A DNA stretch of 64,000 bases from Planctomycetota bacterium (GCA_965248445.1 CBDFJG010000001.1:416001-480000); one strand, 5' to 3'. Shown: positions 19,996 to 30,025, counted from the stretch's first letter. The notes: generated by a model not told the origin, from the letters alone. Made by a program: numbers and translations.

Positions 19996-20841
19996 ATGGA
20001 CACAGGACTGGCGGAGCGCAGCGTCCTGGTCACCGGCGCCTCGGGCGGCATCGGCCGCGCCGTCGCCGAAGAGCTGGCGGCCGAAGGAGCGCACGTCGCC
20101 CTGCACGGCAACGCGGCGTTCGACGAGATGACGGCCTGGCTCGCGCAGCAGCCGTGGAAGGAGCGCGCGCTCGCGGTGCGCGGGGACGTGCGTGATCCGG
20201 ACGCCATGCAAGCGTGTTGCGACGAGGCCGTGCACCGTTTCGGCCGTCTCGATCACTGCGTGGCGAACGCCGGCCGTTGGAAGCAGGCGCCGGAGCGCCT
20301 CGACGAGATGGACCCCGCCCGCTTCGAGGACTCCGTGGCCGTGAATCTGCTCGGTGCCGCGTGGACCGCACGCGGGTTCCTGCAAGCGCTCGGGTCAACG
20401 GGGCCGCGGGAGGGTGAGGGCGCCTCACTCGTGTTCGTCGGGTCGACGGCCGGTCGCTTCGGCGAGCGGCACCACGCCGACTACGCCGCGGCCAAGGCGG
20501 GCTTGCACGGCCTCTCGCAGAGCCTCAAGAACGAGATCGTGCTGATCGATCCCTTCGGCCGCGTGAACGTGGTCGAGCCGGGCTGGACGGTCACGCACAT
20601 GGCTCGCAAGGCGATCGACACGCCGGGCAGCGTCGAGCGCGCAGTCCGCACGATGGCGCTGCGGCAACTGGCCCGCGCGAAGGACATCGCGCGAACGATC
20701 GTCACGCTGCTCTCACCTCGCCTCTCCCGGCACGTGACGGGCCAGGCCATCACCGTCGCGGGCGGCATGGAAGGCCGTCTGCTCTGGGATGCCGACGCCG
20801 TCGACGAAGACGCCATCCGCGCCCGCGCCCGCAGCGACTGA
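19996..20841 (+). CDS. SDR family oxidoreductase
   Basis: TGASGGIG, NAG, YAAAK. Confidence 0.9.
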   Translation: MDTGLAERSVLVTGASGGIGRAVAEELAAEGAHVALHGNAAFDEMTAWLAQQPWKERALAVRGDVRDPDAMQACCDEAVHRFGRLDHCVANAGRWKQAPERLDEMDPARFEDSVAVNLLGAAWTARGFLQALGSTGPREGEGASLVFVGSTAGRFGERHHADYAAAKAGLHGLSQSLKNEIVLIDPFGRVNVVEPGWTVTHMARKAIDTPGSVERAVRTMALRQLARAKDIARTIVTLLSPRLSRHVTGQAITVAGGMEGRLLWDADAVDEDAIRARARSD

Positions 20842-22662
20842 TCACTCCAGCGAGCGCAGGAACCCGCGCACACGGTCGGCCCCAACGCCATCGGGCGTGA
20901 TTTCGAGCGCCCTCTCGTACGCGCGGCGCGCCTGTTCCCGGTCGCCCTCCGCCTGGAGTGCGCGGCCCACCTGTGCGAAGAAGCGGAAACTCTCGCCCTC
21001 GTCGAGTTCCATTCCGGCGCGGTCCGCAGCGTGCATCGCCGCGGCCGCCTCACCCGGACGGCGGAGCCGCAGGAGAGACCAGGCGCGGTTGTAGTGCCCC
21101 TCCCCCGAGTCCGGACGGATGGCGAGAGCCTCGTTCGCGTACGCGAGCGCGTCTTCGTGACGCCCCAGTGCAATGGCGACATTGGACGCATTCACAAGAG
21201 GGACCGACGCGACGTGGTACTGCGGAGGCCACGGATCGATCTGGCGTTTCCATCCTTCAATTGCGGCGTCGAGGTGCCACAGAGCGCCGTTGAACGCTAC
21301 GACGGACATGTGGCGCCATGCCTCGGCCTCCGCCGCGTCGTCCGCTTCGCGGGCGCGTCTGCGCAGCGCCCAGCCGCGTTCCCGTTGCTGATTGCCCGCC
21401 CACGTGTGGGCGCGCACGCTGTCGTGCTGCTCGAGCGTCTCGGTGTAGATCGTCGCGTCGTCCCGCCAGTCCGGCACGCGCTGGGCGGCGATCGCCCCCA
21501 TGGCGAGCGCCGCCATCCAGACGGCCGCGAGCGCCGCGCGGCTGCCCACTCTCGCGACGCCGGCGCCGACGAGGAGGACGAGGCCCACCAGCGGCACGTA
21601 GAGGAAGCGCTCCGTCGTCGGGATGCCGAGATCGAACGGCCAGTTCGCGACCGGCAGGAGCGCCCCGTAGAACAGCAGCACGCCCGCGAGCGGCACACAG
21701 CGGCCGCGACGGTAGAGCACGGCCGCACCCGCCACGACTCCGAGGTGCACAGCCAACCACGCCAGTGCCACGGGATCGGCGAGCGTCCGGCTGACGGGCA
21801 AGTACCAGTCGTAGGCGGGAGCGACCGGAAGGGCGGCAAACGTCAGGTACGCGCCGAACCCCTTGAACATCGTCGCGAACACACCCGCGACGCCACCGCC
21901 GATGCGGTACCCGACGTGACTGTCCGCTCCCTCGATCAGCCCGAAGCGGTAGACGGCGTAGAGCACAGCGACGGCCACGTACGGCAGCGCGGCCCGCGCT
22001 GCCGAAGCAAGCGGCCGACGCCCGTCGCGCGGCCGAACCAGCAGGACGGCGAACACCAGGAGCGGCAGCACGATCGCCGTCTCCTTCCAGAGCATGGCGA
22101 GCACCGCGCCAGCGAGCGCAAACGCCAGCCAGCGGTCGCGGCCGTTCGAACGCAGCGCGCAATAGAGCGTCGCGGCCGCGAACGCCCCCATGGCGACGTC
22201 TGCGCGGAACCCGATCGCGGCGACCGGCTCGACGTGCATCGGATGCAGCGCCCACACCGCCGCTCCGGCAAGCGCGGCACGCGCATCGCCGAGCAGCCGT
22301 CGGAGGAGACTCAGCACCAGCACGCAAGCGAGTGCGTGCCAGACGACCGAGTGCCAGTGGAAGATCGCGGCCCCTGCGCCGAGCGCCCGGTCGAAGCGAT
22401 ACTCGAGAGTCCGCAGGGGGCGCACGATGCCGCCGTCGTCCCGGGCATCCACGGTCATGGGATCGACGAACGCCCGCCACCACTCGCCCTCTCCGCTGAC
22501 GAACGGGTTCTCGAGGATGAAACGGCTGTCATCGACCGCGAAGCCATTGGTGGCGGCGCCGTATCCGTAGACCGCGACGACGAGCGCGGTGAGAAGGAGA
22601 GCCCCGGCGGCCGGGTGACCCAGAGCGCTTGCGGCCGTCGTGGGCACGACGTCGTCGCTCAC
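20842..22662 (-). CDS. TMTC-like polytopic membrane glycosyltransferase (GT-C fold) with C-terminal TPRs
   Basis: FAVDD..FILENP, RPL, LHPMHVEPV, KET, ERFLYVP, W.DD, TPR helices. Confidence 0.75.
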   Translation of the reverse strand: MSDDVVPTTAASALGHPAAGALLLTALVVAVYGYGAATNGFAVDDSRFILENPFVSGEGEWWRAFVDPMTVDARDDGGIVRPLRTLEYRFDRALGAGAAIFHWHSVVWHALACVLVLSLLRRLLGDARAALAGAAVWALHPMHVEPVAAIGFRADVAMGAFAAATLYCALRSNGRDRWLAFALAGAVLAMLWKETAIVLPLLVFAVLLVRPRDGRRPLASAARAALPYVAVAVLYAVYRFGLIEGADSHVGYRIGGGVAGVFATMFKGFGAYLTFAALPVAPAYDWYLPVSRTLADPVALAWLAVHLGVVAGAAVLYRRGRCVPLAGVLLFYGALLPVANWPFDLGIPTTERFLYVPLVGLVLLVGAGVARVGSRAALAAVWMAALAMGAIAAQRVPDWRDDATIYTETLEQHDSVRAHTWAGNQQRERGWALRRRAREADDAAEAEAWRHMSVVAFNGALWHLDAAIEGWKRQIDPWPPQYHVASVPLVNASNVAIALGRHEDALAYANEALAIRPDSGEGHYNRAWSLLRLRRPGEAAAAMHAADRAGMELDEGESFRFFAQVGRALQAEGDREQARRAYERALEITPDGVGADRVRGFLRSLE

Positions 22663-23474
22663 GCGTCCGATTCAGTTCCGGTCAGGTGTTCGCGCATACG
22701 TTCAGCCAGCCACGAGGGGCGCTCGACGGCGACGGTGTGACCGCAGCGCTCTACCTCGAGGAAGTGCGTGTCCGGGAGCAGGTCCACGAGTTCGTCGTTC
22801 AAGAAACGCGGCACGAGCGGGTCGTCCACTCCGCGAATCACGAGAGCAGCGGCGCGTACAGACTTCAGCTCTTCCCCGAAGTCGCCACCCGGGAGAAGCG
22901 TGTCGAGCAGCATGCGCCGCATGCTCTCCGGATCGTTCCGCCGCCGGAACGCGCGCAGCATCTGCTCGCGCATCTGCTCGTTCTCGCGCAGCCATTCTTC
23001 CCCCACCACGTCCGGGGTGACGACCTGGAACAGGAGGTCCTGACCCCCCGCGTCCAGCGCGTCGAGCCAGCCCTGCACGATCCAGCGCCGCAGCGCGGTC
23101 TCGCGGTGGGCACAGCCGATGAGGACCAGCCGCCGCACGCGCTCGGGCGCCGCGAGAACAACCCGGAGCGCCACACGCGATCCGAACGAGAAGCCGACGA
23201 GATCAACCTGATCCAGTTCGAGCGTGTCGAGCAGGTGGAGCAGGTCGCGACCGTGGTCAGCGGTGCGGGAGCCCTCCGGTGGCGGATCGCTCTTGCCCTG
23301 GCCGGACGCGTCGTACAGCAGGACGTCACGAACTCCGCGCAGCCGCTTCACCTGCAGGCCCCACGCGATGGTGGTCTGCGAGAGTCCGTTCAGGAACACG
23401 ACCACCGGGCCGCCCCCCTGGCGGCGCAGCTCGTAGCGGAGCCGGCGGCCGTCGGGAAGTGCGTGGACCTTCAT
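22659..23474 (-). CDS. Alpha/beta hydrolase
   Basis: GFSFG nucleophile elbow, DDPLVP, GHT. Confidence 0.9.
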   Translation of the reverse strand: MKVHALPDGRRLRYELRRQGGGPVVVFLNGLSQTTIAWGLQVKRLRGVRDVLLYDASGQGKSDPPPEGSRTADHGRDLLHLLDTLELDQVDLVGFSFGSRVALRVVLAAPERVRRLVLIGCAHRETALRRWIVQGWLDALDAGGQDLLFQVVTPDVVGEEWLRENEQMREQMLRAFRRRNDPESMRRMLLDTLLPGGDFGEELKSVRAAALVIRGVDDPLVPRFLNDELVDLLPDTHFLEVERCGHTVAVERPSWLAERMREHLTGTESDA

Positions 23475-23551
23475 CGCGTTCAGAGAATCGCACGATTCCC
23501 GCCGCGGGCCGAACGATGTAGGCTCTCGGGACGAACACCCCGGAGGTCACC

Positions 23552-23641
23552 ATGCCGAGCTGGCTCATCTTCGCAATCGGCGCCGTCGCGGGACTGGTGC
23601 TCATCACCATCCTCAAGGGCGGAGGCGGCGGCTGAGGCTAG
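23552..23641 (+). CDS. Single-TM microprotein MPSWLIFAIGAVAGLVLITILKGGGGG(U)G; candidate selenoprotein (29 aa with Sec, 27 aa if UGA is a stop)
   Basis: GGAGG RBS, ATG at 23552, hydrophobic helix, TGA 23633-23635 then GGC TAG; SECIS-like hairpin follows. Confidence 0.6.
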
Positions 23642-23673
23642 CCCTCACGCCGTCCGTCGGACGGCAGCTAGCC
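23636..23673 (+). promoter_or_regulatory. Candidate bacterial SECIS hairpin (could alternatively be a terminator between convergent genes)
   Basis: Lower stem GGCTAGC/GCTAGCC; upper stem GCCGTCC/GGACGGC; loop GTC begins 20 nt after the UGA. Confidence 0.5.
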
Positions 23674-26322
23674 CTTCTTCGCGCTCTTCTTCGTGCTCTT
23701 CGTGGCGGTCTTCTTCGCCGCCTTCTTGCGCGTTGTCTTCTTGCGGGTCGTCTTCTTGGTGCCCTTGCGTCCGCCACCCGAGGCGACGCGCTTCTCGATG
23801 AGGTCGACGGCCTCCTCGACGGTCAACGCCGCGGGGTCCGCGTAGTCCCTCGGCAGCGATGCGTTGATCTCGCCGTCGGTGACGTAAGGACCGTACCGGC
23901 CCTTCAGGAGTCGGATGTCGGCGCCACCTCGCGCTTCGACCTTCTCGAACGTCTTGATCGGTTCGACCGTCCGCCGAGTGCGCTTCTCTTTCGCGAACAG
24001 CTCGAGCGCTCGAGGCAGTCCGACCGTCAGCACGCCGTCCGTCGCTTCGAGGCTGCGGTACTCCTTCTCGCGCTTCACGAAGGGGCCGTAGCGCCCGACA
24101 CCGGCCTCGATCACGCGGCCCTCGGCATCCACGCCCAACGGCCGCGGCAGCGAAAGCAGTTCCAGCGCGACGTCGAGTGTGACGGAGTCCGGCGCCATGC
24201 CCTTGAGCAACGAGACCATCTTGGGCTTCTCTTCGGACTCGTCCTTTGTGCCGAGCTGGACATACGGTCCGAAGCGCCCGTTCTTCACGAAGACCGGCTT
24301 GCCGTTCTCCGGGTGCTCGCCGATGGGCGTGTCGCCCTTGCGCACCGTCTCGAGCATCTCGATCGCCTTGTCGAGCGAGAGCTCGTCGGGCGGCGTCTTT
24401 TCGGGAACGCGCGCGGTGTCATCACCGCGTGAGATGAACGGACCGTACCGCCCGACACGAATCGCGACCGGCGTGCCGTCCGCGTCGACCCCGAGGGGGA
24501 TCGTGCAGACCGTGCGCGGATCGATCTCCTCCGCCTTCGTGTCGAGCGTGTTGCGGAGTCCGCGCTCGCCACGATAGAAGTCGTTCAGGTAGGCCAGCGT
24601 CTGTTCCTCGCCCCGCGCGATCGCGTCCAGGCGATCTTCCATGCGCGCAGTGAAGTCGAGATCGATGAGCGCGGTCAGGTGCTCGCGCATCAGGCGGACG
24701 ACGGCGAACGCCGTGAACGTCGGGACCAGGGCGTTGCCCTTCTTGAACGTGTACTCGCGCCGCTGGATCGTGTCGATGATCGACGCGTAGGTGCTCGGAC
24801 GGCCGATGCCCGACTCCTCGAGCAGCTTGACGAGCGTGGCCTCGGTGAGGCGGGCCGGCGGCGACGTCGTGTGGGACTCGGACTCGAGCCCGCCGAGTGT
24901 CAGCGGGTCGCCCTCCGCGAGCGCCGGGAGCAGGACGTCCTTGTCGGCCAGCGCGGCCTCGGGGTCATCGGATCCCTCGACGTATGCCCGCAGGAAGCCC
25001 GGGCGGTCGATCACCGTGCCGCCTGCGTGGAACACGGCGAGCTTGCCGTTCGCACTGCCGCCGACGCGAAGAACCATGCGCCGACCGACGGCGTCCCGCA
25101 TCTGGCACGCCATCGTGCGTTTCCAGATGAGCTCGTAGAGGCGCGCCTCGTCATCGCCGAGCTTCGCACGCACGTCGCTGACCGTGCGAACGTGCGAGCC
25201 GGCCGGGCGGATGGCCTCGTGGGCCTCCTGCGCGTTCTTGACCTTGTTCTTGTACTGGCGCGGGTTCGGCGGCAGTTCGTCCTCGCCGTAGGTCTTCGCG
25301 ATCGCCTGGCGGGTCATCCGGATCGCGTCGCCGGAGAGCGCGACCGAGTCCGTTCGCATGTAGGTGATGTAGCCGTTCTCGTACAGCTTCTGCGCCGCAC
25401 GCATCGTTCGGCGAGCGTCGAAGCGCAGCTTGCGGTTGCCCTCCTGCTGCAGCGTCGAGGTCGTGAACGGCGCGGCAGGCCGGCGGACGTAGGGCTTTTC
25501 CTGTGCGTCGGTCACGGAGAACGACGCGGAGCCGAGCGCGTCGGCGAGACCGCGTGCGTCGTCCCCGCCGAGCAGGGCTACCTTCGCGTTCTTCAGCTTG
25601 CCCGTGTCGGCGTCGAAGTCCTTCCCCGTCGCGATGCGCGCGCCGTCGAGTTCGATCAGGCGAGCCTGGAATGCCGCGCCGTCCTTCGTCTTGAAACTGG
25701 CGAGCAGATCCCAGTAAGTCGCTTCGTGGAAACGCATGCGCGCCTGCTCGCGCTCGACGATCACTCGGGTGGCGACGCTCTGCACGCGGCCGGCGGACAA
25801 GCGCGGCGCGATCTTGCGCCAGAGGATCGGCGAGACCTCGTAGCCGTACAGGCGGTCGATGATGCGCCGTGTCTCCTGCGCCTCGACGAGGTTCTTGTCG
25901 ATCTCGCGGGTCTCGCCGACGGCCCTCTCGATGGCCTGGCGGGTGATCTCGTGGAACACCATGCGGTGGACCGGGACCTTGGGAGCGAGCAGCTGCACGA
26001 TGTGCCAGCTGATCGCCTCGCCCTCGCGGTCCTCATCGGTCGCGAGGTAGATCGAGTCGACCGTTTTCGCCAGTTTCCGGAGCGCCGCGATGCGGTCCTT
26101 CTTGTCTGGCTGAATGACGTAGAGCGGCTTGAAATCGTCGTCGACGTTCACGCCGAGCCTGGCCCACTTCTCCTTCTTGTACTTCGCCGGTATCTGCGCA
26201 GCGTTGCCGGGCAGGTCCCGCACGTGACCCACGGTCGCTTCCACGATGTAGTCGTCGCCCAGGAAACGGCGCAGGGTGCGCGCCTTGGTCGGCGACTCGA
26301 CGATGACGAGGTGCTTGGCCAT
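23668..26322 (-). CDS. topA: DNA topoisomerase I with C-terminal Toprim_C repeats and Lys-rich tail
   Basis: IVESPTKA, ATDEDREGE, SAGRVQS, ITYMRTDS, repeated GRYGP(F/Y) motifs. Confidence 0.97.
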   Translation of the reverse strand: MAKHLVIVESPTKARTLRRFLGDDYIVEATVGHVRDLPGNAAQIPAKYKKEKWARLGVNVDDDFKPLYVIQPDKKDRIAALRKLAKTVDSIYLATDEDREGEAISWHIVQLLAPKVPVHRMVFHEITRQAIERAVGETREIDKNLVEAQETRRIIDRLYGYEVSPILWRKIAPRLSAGRVQSVATRVIVEREQARMRFHEATYWDLLASFKTKDGAAFQARLIELDGARIATGKDFDADTGKLKNAKVALLGGDDARGLADALGSASFSVTDAQEKPYVRRPAAPFTTSTLQQEGNRKLRFDARRTMRAAQKLYENGYITYMRTDSVALSGDAIRMTRQAIAKTYGEDELPPNPRQYKNKVKNAQEAHEAIRPAGSHVRTVSDVRAKLGDDEARLYELIWKRTMACQMRDAVGRRMVLRVGGSANGKLAVFHAGGTVIDRPGFLRAYVEGSDDPEAALADKDVLLPALAEGDPLTLGGLESESHTTSPPARLTEATLVKLLEESGIGRPSTYASIIDTIQRREYTFKKGNALVPTFTAFAVVRLMREHLTALIDLDFTARMEDRLDAIARGEEQTLAYLNDFYRGERGLRNTLDTKAEEIDPRTVCTIPLGVDADGTPVAIRVGRYGPFISRGDDTARVPEKTPPDELSLDKAIEMLETVRKGDTPIGEHPENGKPVFVKNGRFGPYVQLGTKDESEEKPKMVSLLKGMAPDSVTLDVALELLSLPRPLGVDAEGRVIEAGVGRYGPFVKREKEYRSLEATDGVLTVGLPRALELFAKEKRTRRTVEPIKTFEKVEARGGADIRLLKGRYGPYVTDGEINASLPRDYADPAALTVEEAVDLIEKRVASGGGRKGTKKTTRKKTTRKKAAKKTATKSTKKSAKKG

Positions 26323-26493
26323 CTGTGGTGCGGGATTCTCCGGTTCGGCGGGCGTTCGTGGACTCGCGGCGCACGCCTCCATGGGTGGCGCGAGCGGAAA
26401 GGGTTACCCGAGATTCGCGGGTCGGACCATGATCTTCCCGGGCGGCAACACCGCTCGCCCCGCGTGCTCCGTAGGAGCAGAGGAGTCGAGAAA

Positions 26494-26730
26494 GTGGCAG
26501 TTGACGAGTTTCTCCTCGGACTTCTGGCCTGCCCCGAGTCACGGGCGCCGCTCGTGCTGGTCGAGGACGGCGAGGCGACATGGCTAGTCTCGACCGACGC
26601 TGCCACGCGGCGGCGGTACGCCGTGCGCGACGGCATCCCGATCCTGCTGATCGACGAGTCCGAGCAACTGGACGAAGAGACCTGGCGCGCCCAAGTGGCG
26701 GCCGGTCGCGCAGCCTCAGGCGCAGCGTAG
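26494..26730 (+). CDS. Trm112 family protein
   Basis: LLACPESRAPL...RYAVRDGIPILLIDE; GAGGAG RBS. Confidence 0.85.
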   Translation: MAVDEFLLGLLACPESRAPLVLVEDGEATWLVSTDAATRRRYAVRDGIPILLIDESEQLDEETWRAQVAAGRAASGAA

Positions 26731-26739
26731 GGAGAGATC

Positions 26740-27411
26740 GTGCAGGCCTATAAGGGTGAGTTCATCGAGTTCATGGTGCGTGCCGGGGTCCTTCTCTTCG
26801 GGGACTTCGTCACGAAGAGTGGCCGGCGGACCCCGTACTTCGTCAACACGGGCAAGTACCGCACCGGCGAGCAGCTTCGGGCGCTCGGCGGTTACTACGC
26901 CGAGTCGATGATCGAGCACTTCGGTGACGGCTTCGACGTCCTGTTCGGGCCCGCCTACAAGGGCATCCCGCTCGTGACCGCCGCTGCGCTGGCCTTGGCG
27001 GATCGCGGCCGCGACGTGGCGTACTGCTTCGATCGCAAGGAGCGCAAGGCCCACGGAGAGGGTGGCGTGATCGTCGGCCACCAGCCCGCGGACGGCGACC
27101 GCGTGCTGATCGTCGAGGACGTCACGACGGCAGGCACGTCGATCCGCGACACGGTCCCCAAGCTCCGCGCCGCCGCGGACATCTCGCTCGCGGGACTCAT
27201 CATCTCCGTGGACCGCCGGGAGCGCGGCCCCACCGGCCGCGGGGCTCTCGAGCAACTGGCCGACGAGTTCGACATGCGCTGCCACGCCATCGTGACCATC
27301 CATGAGGTCATCGAGCACCTGCACGGCCGAGAAGTCGACGGCACGGTCCACATCGACGACGAGGCTCGTGAGCGGATCGCGGGCTACCTCTCCGAGTACG
27401 GCGTCGACTGA
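26740..27411 (+). CDS. pyrE: Orotate phosphoribosyltransferase
   Basis: FGDFVTKSGR, FGPAYKGIP, RKERKAHGEGG, IVEDVTTAGTS. Confidence 0.96.
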   Translation: MQAYKGEFIEFMVRAGVLLFGDFVTKSGRRTPYFVNTGKYRTGEQLRALGGYYAESMIEHFGDGFDVLFGPAYKGIPLVTAAALALADRGRDVAYCFDRKERKAHGEGGVIVGHQPADGDRVLIVEDVTTAGTSIRDTVPKLRAAADISLAGLIISVDRRERGPTGRGALEQLADEFDMRCHAIVTIHEVIEHLHGREVDGTVHIDDEARERIAGYLSEYGVD

Positions 27412-27424
27412 CGCCGCGAAGCGT

Positions 27425-30025
27425 TCATCGCCGCAGATGGTCGAGGATCTCTCGGACGGCCTCGCGGAGCGTCAGGGGCTGCGCCCCACGGCGGCGGTTC
27501 TCCGCAGCGATCCGGAACGCGATGCGCCACTGCTCGAAGAGCACCCGATACGCCTCGACCAGGCCGTGCCTCGGGTCGTAGATGTGCGCCGCCTCGGAGG
27601 TGAGGCCGTTGAGTTCGAGGATGCGGAACCCCTCTCCGCGGCGAAACACGTCGAGATCGGTCGCCCGAACGTCGTACCGGCCGAAGTAGAAGCCGCCGAA
27701 CGCGCGGCTGATGCGGTCGAACGCGTCCTCGAGCGCCGGAGTGCGGAACGCCTCCCCGTCCAGGAACACAGCGCCCAGGGAATGCGTGCCGATCTCCGCG
27801 ATCGGCGCCTCCGCACCCACCGCGGGCACGGTGCGCAGTCGCGAGGCGTTCGTGCGGAGGTACACCGGCGCCATCCGCACGGCACGGGCGTCGTCGAGAA
27901 TCAGCCGTTCCAGCGTGCGGACGCCGTCGCCCGTGAGCGTCGGGAGCCGCTTCTCCGCGATCGAGAACACGCACCCGCGCTCCTCGCCGGGAATGCGGTA
28001 GTAGAAGACACCGAACTCGTGCCCATCGGCGTACTCCTGCACGATCGTGTCCCGCGTCGCGGCGGCGAGGTACGTACCGAGTTGCGCGTCGTCCCGGACG
28101 ATGCTGACGCCCTCGCCGCGCTCTCCGACATCCGGTTTCAACACGACGGGGTACGAGAGTTCGTGGTCACGCAGAAACGCGTTCGCCGCGGCGACGCGCT
28201 CAGCTGCGCCGAGGTTCGCGCCGACCGTCCGCAGCGCGGGCACCGGAGCCCCACTGGCGCGGAGGGCCTCCAGAATCTCGCTCTTCGACTCGCCGACGAG
28301 ACCACCGCCTCGGATCGCCGGGTTCACGGCCGTCACGAGTGAGAGGCTGCGGTGCCGCAGCGCCAGCCACACGACGTACGCCGTGACGGGGGCGTAGAAG
28401 ACCCAGCGTGGCCAGAACTCGAAGTGACGAACGCGCCCGAACGAGCCAACGAGGAGACGCCGACCACGGTGGCTCAGCAGCTTCAGGCCGACGCGCTCGA
28501 CGAAGAAGATCGCGGCGATGAGGATCAGCGCGGCGGGCAGCCCCCACCTGCCCAGTTGCTCGAGAGAGTCGTACGCTCGGGTGCCGACCAACGCGGAGAA
28601 TCCCACGATGATGGGTGTCCAGATCGCGCAGGCGAGTGCGAAGTAGAGAGTGCACACCGCCAGGTTCGTGCGCAGGACGCCGGCCGCGACGTAGGTCGGC
28701 AGGCGTAATCCGGGGACGAAGCGAGAGACGAAGATCGCACGAGCGCTGCGCGCGCCGAACCACGCAGCGGCCGCGTCGACACGGTCCCGTGGGATGAACC
28801 AGCGCAGCGGAGCGCGAGAGAGAACCGGACGACCCAGCCAGCGTCCAGCGACGTACAGCGCGAGGTCGCTCAGGAAGTTGCCCAGCCAGCACGCGAGGAT
28901 CGCTGCGACGAAGTCCATCCGACCCTGTGCGACCAGCAGGCCGGCACCGATGCAGGTCAGATCCTCCGAGACGAACGCCGACGCGATCAGGAGTCCCATC
29001 AGAACGAGCAGAGCGAGGCCCGAGAGCGGCGCGACGTCGTCGATGGCGAACGGCGTGGCCGCCGCCGCGACGCGCTCCGGAGCGGCCCCGGCGCGGCCAG
29101 ACACCCGCCCGAGTTCGACCCGATCGAGGAAGCCGCCGACGACATCTGCGACCTCGTCCGTGCGGCTGAAGAGGACGAGATGCCCCTCCGGCAGCCATTG
29201 CAGTTCGCTCTGCGCAACGATCCGGTGGTGCTCGATTGCGACCTCCGGAGGGACGAGCGCATCCTCCCGTCCGTGCACGATGAGCATCGGGCCGGCATGG
29301 CGCTCGAGCATGGCGCGCAGCGGGCGCTGATCGGTGTCGAAGAAGTTCCGCGCATACGGCACGCCGAACGCCGCGTCGTCGAACGCGCCGAAGTGCGGAA
29401 ACCCCCAGTCGATCGCGCGAATCATCGCGAGCTGCATGCCGTGCACCACGTGGTTCATGCGGTACGAGCCGAACAGCTCGAGCTCTTGGACGCCGATAGC
29501 AGAGATCATGGAGACGGAACGGATTCGGTCGGGCGCCCGGTCCGCCGCGCGGACCGCCGCGCCGCCCGCCATGCTGAACGCCACGAGGTGGGCACTCTCG
29601 CGTCCCAGTTCGTCGAGCAGCTGCTGGACGTACAGGGAGTGGGCGTCGGTCGAGTAGTCCGGCACGTGCCGTTCGGAGTGCATGAAGCCGGGTAGGTCCG
29701 GCACGAAGACGTCGTATCGCTCGCCGAGACGAGCGCCCATCGCGCCGAAGTCCTGGATGCTGCCCGGGCTGCCGTGGAGCAGCACCACGGCCGGAGCATC
29801 CGGCCGTCCACCGGGCGGGAAGCGCCGATAGACGACGCGGACGGACTGCGCAGTGAGTTCACCGCCGTCCACTGCACGCAGATGCGCCACTTGCTGACCC
29901 GGAAGAAGAGGCCTCTTGTCGCTCCGGGCCGCCGCCACGAGGTGCGAGACCACCAGAACGAGCACGTAGGCGATCAAGAGACGGACTGGCCAGCGTCTAC
30001 GCGGCCGGGCGATCTCCGCGTCCAT
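27425..30025 (-). CDS. Alpha/beta hydrolase + DedA/VTT + ATP-grasp fusion protein
   Basis: Hydrolase: HGSPG, AFSMAG, EDALVP, GH. DedA: SEDLTCI, SRFVPGLR. ATP-grasp: VLKPDVGERG, IVQEY, FGRYDV, LELNG. Confidence 0.85.
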   Translation of the reverse strand: MDAEIARPRRRWPVRLLIAYVLVLVVSHLVAAARSDKRPLLPGQQVAHLRAVDGGELTAQSVRVVYRRFPPGGRPDAPAVVLLHGSPGSIQDFGAMGARLGERYDVFVPDLPGFMHSERHVPDYSTDAHSLYVQQLLDELGRESAHLVAFSMAGGAAVRAADRAPDRIRSVSMISAIGVQELELFGSYRMNHVVHGMQLAMIRAIDWGFPHFGAFDDAAFGVPYARNFFDTDQRPLRAMLERHAGPMLIVHGREDALVPPEVAIEHHRIVAQSELQWLPEGHLVLFSRTDEVADVVGGFLDRVELGRVSGRAGAAPERVAAAATPFAIDDVAPLSGLALLVLMGLLIASAFVSEDLTCIGAGLLVAQGRMDFVAAILACWLGNFLSDLALYVAGRWLGRPVLSRAPLRWFIPRDRVDAAAAWFGARSARAIFVSRFVPGLRLPTYVAAGVLRTNLAVCTLYFALACAIWTPIIVGFSALVGTRAYDSLEQLGRWGLPAALILIAAIFFVERVGLKLLSHRGRRLLVGSFGRVRHFEFWPRWVFYAPVTAYVVWLALRHRSLSLVTAVNPAIRGGGLVGESKSEILEALRASGAPVPALRTVGANLGAAERVAAANAFLRDHELSYPVVLKPDVGERGEGVSIVRDDAQLGTYLAAATRDTIVQEYADGHEFGVFYYRIPGEERGCVFSIAEKRLPTLTGDGVRTLERLILDDARAVRMAPVYLRTNASRLRTVPAVGAEAPIAEIGTHSLGAVFLDGEAFRTPALEDAFDRISRAFGGFYFGRYDVRATDLDVFRRGEGFRILELNGLTSEAAHIYDPRHGLVEAYRVLFEQWRIAFRIAAENRRRGAQPLTLREAVREILDHLRR

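Noticed and set aside
23668..23770. Repetitive TTCTT/Lys-rich tract
   Set aside because: Ordinary KKTTRKK tail of TopA, not a repeat array.
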